Shown here one piece after another: positions 51,651 to 61,381 of a DNA stretch of 64,000 bases. A program made the position numbers and the translations under genes. Every line of letters begins with the position of its first letter. Position 1 is the stretch's first letter. Below the pieces are notes generated by a model. It searched no databases. It had not been told where the DNA came from and was given only the letters and a program-made list of their open reading frames with translations. Source of the stretch: Nitrospirota bacterium. Its GTDB lineage: Bacteria > Nitrospirota > Nitrospiria > Nitrospirales > NS-4. The stretch lies in NCBI GenBank assembly GCA_963788195.1, contig CAWBGA010000004.1, positions 64,001 to 128,000 on the forward strand. The letters are read 5' to 3'.

Positions 51651-51755
51651 CGAGGTGCTTCATCGCTATCCGCCCTCCTAATGGGGTATCCTCTTTGAGT
51701 AGTAAAAATCCTTACAATGGCGGCTCTCTGCGAAAAGAAAAGGGCCATTGATTCT

Positions 51756-53141
51756 ATGAGCGACAAGTCTCCTTTATTGCTTGTTGAGGATGATCCGGAC
51801 ATCTCTGAGCAGATGAGATGGGCGCTCGGGGATAAACATCATATTCATGAGGCCAAGGACCGCCGCACTGCCGTGGCAATCATGCGCCGAGAACAACCCC
51901 CGCTAGTCCTTCTGGATCTGGGGCTTCCCCCGGCGGCGGATGACGCCACTGAAGGCCTTGCCACCTTGCAGGAGATCCTTCAATTCGCCCCTACGACCAA
52001 AGTCATTGTGGCGACCGGCAATTCTGATCGAGCCAATGCCTTGGCCGCTGTCCGCAGCGGCGCTTATGACTTTGTTCAGAAGCCGGTGCCGCTGGATGTT
52101 CTGAAGATCATTCTGGAGCGCGCGGTCTATCTCCACCGGCTGGAACAAGAGAACCGGGCGCTTCAGGAACAAACGGGTCTCGGAGAATTTAGCGAAATCA
52201 TCGGGGTGAGTCCGCCGATGCAGCGGATCTTCGAGATGATTCGACGGGTCGCCGGTTCTGATGTCCCGGTCTTGATCACCGGGGACAGCGGGACCGGCAA
52301 GGAACTTGTGGCTCGAGCGATTCATCAGCGAAGTGGGCGGAAGAACGGCGCCTTTATCGCTATTAATTGCGGTGCGATTCCCGAAAATCTACTGGAGAGT
52401 GAGCTTTTTGGGCATGAAAAAGGCGCATTTACCGGCGCCCACCGACAGATGAAGGGTAAGCTTGAGTACGCGAATGGCGGCACGCTGCTACTCGATGAAA
52501 TCGGAGAAATGCCGCTATCTTTACAGGTCAAGTTGCTGCGCTTTCTACAGGACGGCAGGCTCGAACGCGTCGGGGGACGGGAGTCGATTTCTGTGGATAC
52601 GCGGATCCTGGCGGCCACCAATATGAACCTTAAAGAGGCCATCGAGCGCCGCCTGTTCCGGGAAGATCTGTTTTACCGGTTGAGCGTCATTGAGATAGTG
52701 GTGCCCTCGTTACAGGAACGGGGAGAGGATGTCGTATTACTTGCTCAGGCCTTCCTATTGCGATACCGGGAACTCTTTAACAGCCGGGTGAGCGGGCTTT
52801 CAGAAGAGGCTCGCGCGTCTATTTCTGGTCACGCGTGGCCGGGAAATGTCAGGGAGCTTGAAAATAGGATGAAGCGCGCCGTTCTCATGACCAAGGGACT
52901 GATGATTCAACCTTCCGACCTGGAATTAGCATGGGATGGCACGTCCAAACCCTTGGTGACTTTGAAAGAGGCTACTTCGAAACTCGAACGAGATCTGATC
53001 CAGCGGGCGCTTGTTTATCAGAATTGGAACATTTGTAGAGCTGCCGAAGACTTGGGGATCTCCCGCCAGACATTGCATGAATCTATTCGAAAGCATGGCT
53101 TAGAGAAGCCCCGACCCCCTGCGCAAGCTCAGCGTAGCTAA
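51756..53141 (+). CDS. prsR: Sigma-54-dependent response regulator of the PEP-CTERM system
   Basis: REC (VEDD, LDLGLPP), GDSGTGKE, GAFTGA, WPGNVRELEN, C-terminal HTH; follows prsK. Confidence 0.9.
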   Translation: MSDKSPLLLVEDDPDISEQMRWALGDKHHIHEAKDRRTAVAIMRREQPPLVLLDLGLPPAADDATEGLATLQEILQFAPTTKVIVATGNSDRANALAAVRSGAYDFVQKPVPLDVLKIILERAVYLHRLEQENRALQEQTGLGEFSEIIGVSPPMQRIFEMIRRVAGSDVPVLITGDSGTGKELVARAIHQRSGRKNGAFIAINCGAIPENLLESELFGHEKGAFTGAHRQMKGKLEYANGGTLLLDEIGEMPLSLQVKLLRFLQDGRLERVGGRESISVDTRILAATNMNLKEAIERRLFREDLFYRLSVIEIVVPSLQERGEDVVLLAQAFLLRYRELFNSRVSGLSEEARASISGHAWPGNVRELENRMKRAVLMTKGLMIQPSDLELAWDGTSKPLVTLKEATSKLERDLIQRALVYQNWNICRAAEDLGISRQTLHESIRKHGLEKPRPPAQAQRS

Positions 53142-53367
53142 TAGTACGGGCGTAGTACGGGCGTACGCTGTAGCAGAAATACCCTCCAGAGTGTGGGCTT
53201 TAACGCACACGAGCCTAGGCTATACCATTAGTTGAATGCCCACAAATCACAGTCAAATCCTTTAAATACCCTGAATACGAAGTGGCCCATGATTTGCTAC
53301 CCCTATGGGGGCCGTGAAACGTCCCTTGATAGGATCAAAGAGACATTAGGGAGGCATCTTAGAGGGC

Positions 53368-54678
53368 ATGGATACAGTATGTACGCGCAGCAGGGGACGA
53401 GGGCCCAGTTACACTCCGATCTACGACGGAGCCGTACCAACGGGGTCCTTGGACAGTTATTCCTTCCAGAAATTACGTTCTCTGCCTGTTGCACTTCCGC
53501 CGGCGGTAAAAATGGCTACGACCGACGCGGAAAAGCGGAGAATTTACGCGCTTCGGTACACGGCTTACATCAAGGAGATGCACGGTGAGAAGCGACATCC
53601 CGAGGCGGACAACAGGAGCCAGGAATTTCGCGACGGCTGGGATGATACAGCCTACCACTTCTATCTCGAACAGGATGGGGTGATAGGCGCATGCTCGCGC
53701 GTGAATCTTCGGCGGGATGGCCCCTTGGAATGCGAAGAGGAATTGGGCATTGAATGGTTCAAGCCCTCGTTTCCTGCCCACATCGGCCTGACCTCAAGAC
53801 TAGTCATTCGTCCAAATTTTCGACGTGGAAATTTGCTAAAGCAATTGACCTGCGCCGTGTATCAATTCAAATTGGAACAGGGCATTCATTACAGCTTCCT
53901 CGATTGCCATCCCCAACTACTGCCATTGTATTCTCGCTTGGGCTATCGCCTGTATAGCCCCGGCTTTAACCACGAAAAATACACCTATGTTATTCCAATG
54001 GTCCTAGTCATCAATGATATATACCACCTTGATCGGGTCAAGTCTCCCTTTGCCGCGGTGGCCCGTCGCCTTGGCTATTCTTCATCGAGGCCTATCGCTG
54101 TGGCGTGGAATGGCCCTCAGCCGTGCACGATAGAAGATACCACGGTCATGCATGCAAACAATATCACTGTCGATTCGGGTCTCTCTAATAGTCACCACCC
54201 TGCGTTGGATGCAGACCTCTTCGAGGGCTTGACGTCCGAAGAAGTTACGACCCTCGTTTCACTGGGGCATATCATCTCATGTCGGGCTGGGGATAGCGTG
54301 TTGAACCCTGGCGATCCGGGGCGCGAGATTTTCGTGATCCTCCACGGAACTTTTCAAGTGCAGCGTCGGACTATCGGCGCCACCATTGTCGAAGTCAAAG
54401 TTCTCAAAATCCTGTCGGCGGGTGAAACTTTCGGTGAGATACGGTTTTTAAAAAATGAGCTTCGGCATGCATCCGTCAAAGCCCGAGAGGATTCGACGCT
54501 GTTGATTCTCAATGCCAAGGCTCTTGATCGCCTTATAACGACAGACCCTAAGATCGCGGCGAAGGTCTTTCGCAACATTGCTAAAATCATTGCCGAGCGG
54601 ATGTGCGACGGCGTCAGATTTTTTCGGATGCCGAAAGCGCGCCGTTCAGAAGCCGTGGTGAACGGTTGTGAGCTCTAA
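53368..54678 (+). CDS. FeeM/ExoAT-like N-acyltransferase fused to a cyclic-nucleotide-binding domain
   Basis: IYALRYTAYIKE...SRLVIRPNFR...LYSRLGY followed by LFEGL...GREIFVILHG...GETFGEI...RHASVKA. Confidence 0.72.
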   Translation: MDTVCTRSRGRGPSYTPIYDGAVPTGSLDSYSFQKLRSLPVALPPAVKMATTDAEKRRIYALRYTAYIKEMHGEKRHPEADNRSQEFRDGWDDTAYHFYLEQDGVIGACSRVNLRRDGPLECEEELGIEWFKPSFPAHIGLTSRLVIRPNFRRGNLLKQLTCAVYQFKLEQGIHYSFLDCHPQLLPLYSRLGYRLYSPGFNHEKYTYVIPMVLVINDIYHLDRVKSPFAAVARRLGYSSSRPIAVAWNGPQPCTIEDTTVMHANNITVDSGLSNSHHPALDADLFEGLTSEEVTTLVSLGHIISCRAGDSVLNPGDPGREIFVILHGTFQVQRRTIGATIVEVKVLKILSAGETFGEIRFLKNELRHASVKAREDSTLLILNAKALDRLITTDPKIAAKVFRNIAKIIAERMCDGVRFFRMPKARRSEAVVNGCEL

Positions 54679-54986
54679 CGCCAGAGAAGGCTTAATTTCT
54701 CGCAGAACCGCGCCGTGCGGCTTGTTCCCCCCGCCCGTAGACCGCTTTAAAGCCATCTCAACACCTATCGAAGCCGAAACCCGTGTAGGGTGGACGGGTC
54801 GGCATGGGCTTTCAGGCCTAGAGAGCGGAAACGACGAACTTCGTTTTTGCAGGCGTGCTCATTGCCCGTAGGTTTGCGCCGGCTCTGATGTGCCACTAGG
54901 GTAAGCCTTGGCCAGCCCAACTTTTGTTCAGGGCGACTAGCGAGTCCCAGTTAGAAAGGTAGCCTGTGGTACTAATCGTGAGGTTC

Positions 54987-55033
54987 TAATAAAAGCGCGA
55001 GGTCCGCAAGTGGCTCACCACCTGGGACCTCGC
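54987..55033 (-). terminator. Rho-independent terminator of the PEP-CTERM gene
   Basis: Stem GCGAGGTCC (54997-55005) / GGACCTCGC (55025-55033) with inner GTGG/CCAC pairing, followed on the minus strand by TTTTATTA; about 20 bp past the stop codon. Confidence 0.7.
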
Positions 55034-55054
55034 TAAGAAATATGAGAGATCAGC

Positions 55055-55870
55055 TTATCCGCGCCGGCGTTGCCGCCACAGGCCCAAGCCGACCAACCCT
55101 GAGCCGAGTAAGAGAAGACTCGCGGGTTCAGGGATAACGTTGGCCTGGTGAATTTCAAAGTTGGTTGTGATTACGCTGTCTTGTCCCTCTGGTGTGGTTA
55201 GTCCTTGGCACCCAGGCCCAACGCCTGCGGCAGCGCAGGCGGCCGGCGACAACGTACCCAGGCCGGCGACATTGACTGTTACTTGGTAGAGGAGGCCGTC
55301 GGGACCAGGGACGGTCGATATCAGCTGTGCAGGGTCAAGAAGGACAAAAATGTCATTACAGGGAGTCGGGCTGGTAGCCACTGCGCAGGGTGTCGCATTC
55401 AGAGTCTCGGTAAATGTAATGTGAAAAGGAATAATGGGGAGGGTCCCTGGAGGAGCAGCAGGACCGCCGGTGGCGGCTAAGGTCGCCTGAAGATCCAGCG
55501 TTGCACTGGTCAGCGCCCCAGGCGCAAACCCGGTAATCGGACGGTTTTCATGGGTGAGAGTGATGCCAGGGACACCGGATGTGCTTGTGAGCAACGGAGC
55601 CCCGGTCCCACCAAAACGAGCAATAGAGGCGACTGGCTCGGTTATGACGAATGCACTCTGACCGGATCCAGTAGAAACCCCCCATGACAGTCTGGTCGGC
55701 TCACCCAATAGTGACCCTGGGAGTGAAGGGGTGACAGTCCCCGGGGCGAAAGCGCTAAATCCTGCTTGAACGTTGTAGTCCCATGAGGCGATAACTGCCG
55801 ATGCGTTTGGCACGCACATGAACGAGGCAAGCAACGCAAATGCCCCAGTCGCCATGATTTTCTTCAACAT
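55055..55870 (-). CDS. THxN-family PEP-CTERM sorted surface protein
   Basis: Signal peptide, TLTHENRPI, FTETLN..PC...CNDIF, C-terminal IPEPASLLLLGSGLVGLGLWRQRRRG; AAGGAG RBS before ATG 55870. Confidence 0.9.
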   Translation of the reverse strand: MLKKIMATGAFALLASFMCVPNASAVIASWDYNVQAGFSAFAPGTVTPSLPGSLLGEPTRLSWGVSTGSGQSAFVITEPVASIARFGGTGAPLLTSTSGVPGITLTHENRPITGFAPGALTSATLDLQATLAATGGPAAPPGTLPIIPFHITFTETLNATPCAVATSPTPCNDIFVLLDPAQLISTVPGPDGLLYQVTVNVAGLGTLSPAACAAAGVGPGCQGLTTPEGQDSVITTNFEIHQANVIPEPASLLLLGSGLVGLGLWRQRRRG

Positions 55871-55920
55871 TGTGTAACAACTCCTTTTCATGATGTGGGC
55901 TCCTTGTTGACGTACAATGA

Positions 55921-55937
55921 AGCATGATATATGCCAA
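55921..55937 (-). promoter_or_regulatory. Sigma-54 (-24/-12) promoter of the PEP-CTERM gene
   Basis: Minus strand TTGGCATATATCATGCT = TGGCA with exact GG-N10-GC spacing, about 50 bp upstream of the start codon. Confidence 0.75.
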
Positions 55938-55997
55938 TCTCTAAGCCTCTGAATTCACAATATAAATAAACCACCCCGCAAACTTCACTGAGAAAAG

Positions 55998-56014
55998 TGT
56001 CGAGTTTTCCGTCA
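55998..56014. promoter_or_regulatory. Candidate PrsR enhancer site
   Basis: 17-bp quasi-palindrome TGTCGAGTTTTCCGTCA (TGT-N11-ACA-like) about 60-80 bp upstream of the -24 element. Confidence 0.5.
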
Positions 56015-56049
56015 GTGCGCCTGGGGCTAATCCCCTAATCTAATTCATG

Positions 56050-56062
56050 CAACTATTTGATT
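56050..56062 (-). promoter_or_regulatory. IHF binding site
   Basis: Minus strand AATCAAATAGTTG matches WATCAANNNNTTR within an AT-rich tract. Confidence 0.55.
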
Positions 56063-56196
56063 TATAAGTGAATTATTAAATAATTGCATTGGGTGGTAAC
56101 AACTCTTTGGGGTCAAATTTTCGGACTGTTCTTGGAGACTTTTCTAATAATCCAGGGTTGTTCTGGGTTAACCCTATACTTGGATGCCTGGACTCT

Positions 56197-56913
56197 TTAC
56201 CACCAGATCCATTCGCGCGTAATCAACACATGAACCCCGAGGAGCAGGTTTGTGACGGCGTGGGCGATGATCGATGGCCAAAGCGCTCGTGTGTGATACA
56301 CAAGCAGCGTGTACGCCACGCCAGCGACCATTCCGGCGAGCCATAGATTGTGCTCAAGGCCAAACAGCACGGTAGTAGCCAAGAACGAAAGCATTGAGAA
56401 ACTGCCGAGTGGAACAGTGTCGAACCGGGGGGAGATGAGGTATCGAATCAGAAAGGATCGCCAAAAGAGTTCCTCCATGAGTGGTACGATGATAGTCGCT
56501 CCCAACAGACGGACAGTTGCCAGTACCGGCCCCCAGCCGTCACCCGCGAGAAAGGGGTTATAGCCACTGGGTTGCCCTTGCGTAGCCCAAGGCCAGTCCA
56601 TTCTGACCCACAGCAGATACACCACCACGCCGGTTGCCAGAGCAAGCACCAGATTCCAAGACGTCAGGCCCTTGAAGCCTTTTAACTCGTCGTAGCAGCG
56701 CCAGTAATACACGAGTATCGCCAGAACGGCCGAAGCCTTGAGGGGGTAAAGCCAGAGATCTGATCCAGTTGCCAGTGAAGCCATGGCGGGCACGTGGGGC
56801 GAAATCCAGACGATCAACTCGGCGATGGCGAGGAAACAGAGATAGACCGCGAATGGCAGGATGCGGGGCAGCGCTTTCGATCCTTGCAGAGCGAGGATCT
56901 GAGAACTGCTCAC
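56197..56913 (-). CDS. CAAX prenyl protease-related protein (PEP-CTERM-associated)
   Basis: PLMEELFWRSFL, FGLEH, AHAVTN; GTGA overlap with prsT. Confidence 0.88.
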   Translation of the reverse strand: MSSSQILALQGSKALPRILPFAVYLCFLAIAELIVWISPHVPAMASLATGSDLWLYPLKASAVLAILVYYWRCYDELKGFKGLTSWNLVLALATGVVVYLLWVRMDWPWATQGQPSGYNPFLAGDGWGPVLATVRLLGATIIVPLMEELFWRSFLIRYLISPRFDTVPLGSFSMLSFLATTVLFGLEHNLWLAGMVAGVAYTLLVYHTRALWPSIIAHAVTNLLLGVHVLITREWIWW

Positions 56914-59189
56914 TGCTGGGACAGAACCTTTCGGGCCTCGTCGGCTCCTGGATAGTTCGGATTAAGCTTCAGGGAAGCGGCAAGGATCTTTTTCGCCGCA
57001 TCCGGATTTCCGTTTTTATGTTGTACCATGCCGTAGTGATACTGCACCACCGGATCAGACGGCATCTTCTCGGCTGCTTCCTTCAACAACGAGGTGGCCT
57101 TCAGATACACATTTTTTTGATAGTAAATCCAGCCCAAGGTATCGGCGATATGTGGATCATCGGAGTTTTGCTCTCGCGCAGTCTGCGCCAGAGAAAGAGC
57201 CACGTCGATATTGCCGCCCTGCTCCATCAGCATCCAGGCCAGATTGTTGGCGGCGGGAGCGAACTTGGGATTGAGCGCGAGGACCTGTTCGTATTGAGCC
57301 TTCGCCTTGTCGTTTTGGTTCTGCTGCTGGTAGATCAGCCCCAACAACATATGCGCTTGGAGGACCTTCGGATTCTTGGCGATGGCGGCTTCATACTCCT
57401 TAATGGCTTGGTCCAGCTTCCCTGTAGCTTGATATAGCCTTGCGAGGTTTATGTAGGAGACCGGAATCGTATCGTTCAAGGCAATTGCCTTCTTGAACTC
57501 CTCTTCCGCTTTGTCGGGTTCCTTGCCCACAAAATACAGACCCCCAAGAACATTATGGATCATCGGATTCTTCGGAGACAGTTCAAGTTGTCGAAGGGCG
57601 CGATCACGCGCTTCCGCCGGCTTATGTTGGCCAAGTTTGATTTCGACAATTTGGGTCAGCGGCTCAATCGCATTCGGATTAACTTTCAGAGCCTCTTCGA
57701 AGTATGCCAACGCACCGGCCTCATTTTTTTCCATGCGGGCAAGGAGTCCGAGTCGATAGCGGCTCACCGCATCTTGGGGCAAGGTCTTGGCAATGGTCTC
57801 AAAGACTTGCTTGGATTTTGCGGGCTCGCCCCGGCGCGCATAAATGTCACCCAACAAGAGCGCGGCCTTCACATTCCGAGGATTGAGCCGAATGGCGGCC
57901 TGGGCATGTTCAAGCGCCAAGTCCAGTGAGCCTTCTAGAAAGTGCACGGCGGCGAGCGCCGTGCGGCTGTCCGCGAACCCCGGGGCCAGCTTGACGGCCT
58001 CGGTCAGTTCCTGGCGGGCCCGGCCAAGATCGTTCTTATCGGCAAACGCGAGGCCGAGAAAATGATGTGCGGCCCCCCATTGAGGCTCATCTTTCAGGAT
58101 TACTTGCAGGGATTGGATGGCATCGTCCAGCTTTCCGCGGGCCAACAGCAGTCGTGCATCGTAAAAGCGGCCGGACCTGTCTTTCCCGTTCTTCTCAAGC
58201 ACCTTCTGCACCAGTTGGCTGGCCTCATCAAGTTTTCCCGTATCGAGATAATGCTCAATCAGTCGGTCCCGGGCTAAAGTTGAATCTGGGTTGAGAGATA
58301 CAGCCTTCTGGAAACTTGCCCGCGCTTTGTCTATCTGACCTAGAAAGGTATATAGCTGCCCGAGGTAAAGGTGCGGTACCTCGTCCTTGGGTTTTGCTTC
58401 GGCCAGCCGTAGAAAGACGCCTTCTGCCTGGTCCCATTTTTGAGTAAGTTCGTAGAATCCGGCGAGTTTGACGTGTAGGGCGGTATTTTCAGGACTGATC
58501 TCCAACGCTCGCTTGTATTCCGCCTCAGCCTCGTCGTTTTTCCCCGCCATGAGCCGAAGGTCTCCCAAGGCGAGATGCGCGTCGAGGGAGCGGGGGTCTA
58601 CGGTCAAAGCTTTCCGGATCGTCGCTTCCGCCGCGCTCATGTCTTTTTTCCGCGCGTAAACGAGTGCCAAGTCAAGATAGATTCGGATATTGTTGGGATT
58701 TGCCTCGATTGCCTTCTTCAGGTCGCGGATCCCCTCTTCATACTCTTTCTCATTGATATGGCTCTTGCCACGAAGCACCAGTCCTTCACTGTCTTGAGGG
58801 GTTGACGTCAACACGACATCCACATGTTCACGGGCTTTGCCAGGTTGTTTCGCCAATAGGTAGAGCTCGGCCAGCTTCAGTTGCGCGTCTCGATTGCTTG
58901 GATCTATCTCTACAACCTTCGTCAACTCCGCAAAGGCCGACTGCCAGTCAGTGAGCGTGTTGAGCTTGAGATAGGTAAGGGCCAGGCGGTAGTGGCCTTC
59001 GGCGCCCTTGGGGTCGAGTTGAATGACATTCTTAAATTCGATAACGGCTTCGGGATATTTTGCCTTGTCGTAGTAGGAAAGACCCCGCTCCAGGTGTTTC
59101 GCCTTTTGGGCCTCGGGAGAAGCTTGGCTACACGCGGTGAGGTACAGCACACAAAGAACGAAAACCCCGATGGCGTTACGGGCGCGCAT
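56910..59189 (-). CDS. prsT: TPR-repeat lipoprotein of the PEP-CTERM system (PrsT-like)
   Basis: Lipobox LTAC, many TPRs, C-terminal NNLAW...DTLGWIY...YHYG; GGAGG RBS before ATG 59189. Confidence 0.85.
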   Translation of the reverse strand: MRARNAIGVFVLCVLYLTACSQASPEAQKAKHLERGLSYYDKAKYPEAVIEFKNVIQLDPKGAEGHYRLALTYLKLNTLTDWQSAFAELTKVVEIDPSNRDAQLKLAELYLLAKQPGKAREHVDVVLTSTPQDSEGLVLRGKSHINEKEYEEGIRDLKKAIEANPNNIRIYLDLALVYARKKDMSAAEATIRKALTVDPRSLDAHLALGDLRLMAGKNDEAEAEYKRALEISPENTALHVKLAGFYELTQKWDQAEGVFLRLAEAKPKDEVPHLYLGQLYTFLGQIDKARASFQKAVSLNPDSTLARDRLIEHYLDTGKLDEASQLVQKVLEKNGKDRSGRFYDARLLLARGKLDDAIQSLQVILKDEPQWGAAHHFLGLAFADKNDLGRARQELTEAVKLAPGFADSRTALAAVHFLEGSLDLALEHAQAAIRLNPRNVKAALLLGDIYARRGEPAKSKQVFETIAKTLPQDAVSRYRLGLLARMEKNEAGALAYFEEALKVNPNAIEPLTQIVEIKLGQHKPAEARDRALRQLELSPKNPMIHNVLGGLYFVGKEPDKAEEEFKKAIALNDTIPVSYINLARLYQATGKLDQAIKEYEAAIAKNPKVLQAHMLLGLIYQQQNQNDKAKAQYEQVLALNPKFAPAANNLAWMLMEQGGNIDVALSLAQTAREQNSDDPHIADTLGWIYYQKNVYLKATSLLKEAAEKMPSDPVVQYHYGMVQHKNGNPDAAKKILAASLKLNPNYPGADEARKVLSQQ

Positions 59190-59395
59190 AGGTTCCTCCA
59201 AAGACAAGGCAAAGGGACCGATGGGATGTTGGGAACAGCAACTGTACCAGTCATTCCCCCATAAGGGCTATCCTACGGAAGTACAATCAAAGGATTAAGT
59301 GTTATCCATGACAACCAGATTAGCATTTCCCCTTAATACTCCTCGGGGGGAGGTTTACAGGATGTGGAAGGTACTATTGCGCCCGGCCAGGCTTC

Positions 59396-61150
59396 CTACA
59401 CAACTTCCCGAATTTTATTTTCGATGACCGTTTTGATGAGGTCCCAGCGGTCCTTCTGGCCGCGGGCCATTGACTCCATGAAATGCCAGACCTGCTGAGT
59501 CGTGATCTTTCCCGGCAAGGGCGGCTCATTCGGATCCACCACGGCTTCAACTACGGCCGGCCCTGGGTGCGCAAACGCCTCCCGCAGGACGTCATGCACC
59601 TCCGCCGGATCTTGCACGGTATAGCCCGCTGCTCCACAGGCCCGCGCGAATGCGGCGAAGTCAATCGGTTGTAATTGCACGCCGTATTGCGGATTGCCTT
59701 CAAAAGCTATTTGCTCCCATTTGATCATCCCTAGCACGTTATTCTTAAGAATGATTACTTTCACCGGCAAGTTATACTTCACGACCGTCGCGAGTTCCCC
59801 CATGAGCATTGTGAAGCCTCCGTCGCCAGCGAAGCAGACTACCTGGCGACCTGGATGAGCCACCGACGCGCCGATGGCGTACGGCAACCCGTTCCCCATG
59901 GAGGCGAGTGTTCCTGACGCCGAGAATTGCATGTTGCCTTTAATCTGAATGTGTCGCGCTGCCCACGTCGTAACAGTGCCGGTATCACAGCAGATGATCG
60001 CATCATCGGCCAGAAAGTCATTTAGCTGTCGTGCGACCACCTGTGGCTTGAGCGGCATGTCGGTGCGCGTGCCACGCTCCTCCATGAGGTGATTCCATTT
60101 TTTCATGCGCTCCTGTGCCGTATACAAAAAACTGCGCTCCGTTTTGGTCTCAATTAAGGGGAGTAGGGCTCTAAGGACATCCCAACAATGCCCGACAAGA
60201 CCGACCTCAACCGGGTAGCGAAGCCCGATACGGGCAGGCTCAATGTCGATCTGCACGGCGCGGGCGTGTCCAGGTTTCGGATAGAATTCAAGATATGGAA
60301 AGCTGCTGCCGCAGATCACCAGAGTATCGCATTCTTCCAGCGCTTCTTGAGATGGGGCAGTCCCCAACAGGCCGATGCCGCCCGTGGTATATGGATTATC
60401 ATCCGGCACGACGGCTTTCCCAAGGAGAGGCTTAATAATCGGCGCCCCGGCCTTTTCCGCCAGTTGCAGGATTTCTTCCCGTGCAGTAAGAGCACCGCGG
60501 CCGGCGAGGATGGCGACCTTTGATCCACTGTTGATAATACGAGCCGCTTCCTCGAGCGATCGTTGAGGAGGCAACGGCAAGGCGTCATGATACACGTCGG
60601 CGCTGTGCCTGGCGATATTGGTTGGAGAGGCATGGCTATCGGCCTGCGACCATCCTTGGATATCTTTGGGGATCGTAATGTGCGCGACCGTTCTCCCGGA
60701 AAGCGCTGTCTTAATAGCTGCGTCCACGACATTATTCACATGCGCCGGGCCCATGATGCGCTGACTGTAGGCGGCCACGTCCATACACAGCCTGTCGAGG
60801 TCGACATCCTGCTGGTAATGGGTCCCGATCAAGTCATGGAAGGTATGGCCCGTGATGGCAAGGACGTGTTGTCCATCAAGCTTCGCGTCGTACAGACCGT
60901 TTAGCAAATGGATACCGCCCGGACCCGATGTCGCCAGACAAACCCCTAATCTACGCGTGTACTTCGCATAGCCGCATGCGGCAAAAGCCGCGGCCTCCTC
61001 ATGCCTGACCTGAATCAGTCGTATCCGGTCTTTACGGGTTCTCAGTGATTCGTAGATTTCATTGATGCCATCGCCCGGGAGGCCAAATATGACCTCAACC
61101 CCCCAGCGGATGAGCCGCTCGACGAGCAGATCTGCCACTGTTTCTGACAT
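59396..61150 (-). CDS. Thiamine-diphosphate enzyme, pyruvate oxidase/dehydrogenase (PoxB-like)
   Basis: FGLPGDGIN, RHEEAAAF, TSGPGGIHLLNGLYDA, GDGG...NN ThDP motif. Confidence 0.88.
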   Translation of the reverse strand: MSETVADLLVERLIRWGVEVIFGLPGDGINEIYESLRTRKDRIRLIQVRHEEAAAFAACGYAKYTRRLGVCLATSGPGGIHLLNGLYDAKLDGQHVLAITGHTFHDLIGTHYQQDVDLDRLCMDVAAYSQRIMGPAHVNNVVDAAIKTALSGRTVAHITIPKDIQGWSQADSHASPTNIARHSADVYHDALPLPPQRSLEEAARIINSGSKVAILAGRGALTAREEILQLAEKAGAPIIKPLLGKAVVPDDNPYTTGGIGLLGTAPSQEALEECDTLVICGSSFPYLEFYPKPGHARAVQIDIEPARIGLRYPVEVGLVGHCWDVLRALLPLIETKTERSFLYTAQERMKKWNHLMEERGTRTDMPLKPQVVARQLNDFLADDAIICCDTGTVTTWAARHIQIKGNMQFSASGTLASMGNGLPYAIGASVAHPGRQVVCFAGDGGFTMLMGELATVVKYNLPVKVIILKNNVLGMIKWEQIAFEGNPQYGVQLQPIDFAAFARACGAAGYTVQDPAEVHDVLREAFAHPGPAVVEAVVDPNEPPLPGKITTQQVWHFMESMARGQKDRWDLIKTVIENKIREVV

Positions 61151-61381
61151 AAAGCGAACTCCTTGTCGCGTCAGTAAATCCTTCGGATCGCCTTAGAGAC
61201 CGTAGCATAAAATAGGTATAGGCTCTCAAGAGAAAGCCCTTGAAGAGCATACCCAATACCGGACATTTTCAATGTGGAGTCGCGGTTTTTGTATGTTGCG
61301 AAAATCTCCCAGTGCGATAGCCTATACATATGGGTGGACGTCTGGGTATGCAGAAAAAAACCTAACAAAGGAGGTTCCGAA

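Noticed and set aside
51701..51716. GTAA-N6-TTAC inverted repeat upstream of prsR as an autoregulatory site
   Set aside because: It is short, one base off the 17-bp box length, and has no associated sigma-54 promoter.
53142..53163. 11-bp tandem duplication TAGTACGGGCG x2 after prsR
   Set aside because: Only two adjacent copies with no spacers; not a CRISPR array, and no function is evident.
56769..57437. 222-aa plus-strand ORF
   Set aside because: Antisense shadow of prsT and the CAAX protease gene.
59341..59359. TGTAAA-containing enhancer-like box upstream of prsT
   Set aside because: Half-site spacing is off, and the nearest -24/-12 candidate has GT instead of GC.
59396..61150. ThDP enzyme as the missing phosphonopyruvate decarboxylase
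   Set aside because: It is 584 aa with the three-domain pyruvate oxidase layout and PoxB-type motifs (GPGGIHLLNGLYDA). Ppd is shorter and lacks the middle domain, and this gene is 12 kb away on the other strand.
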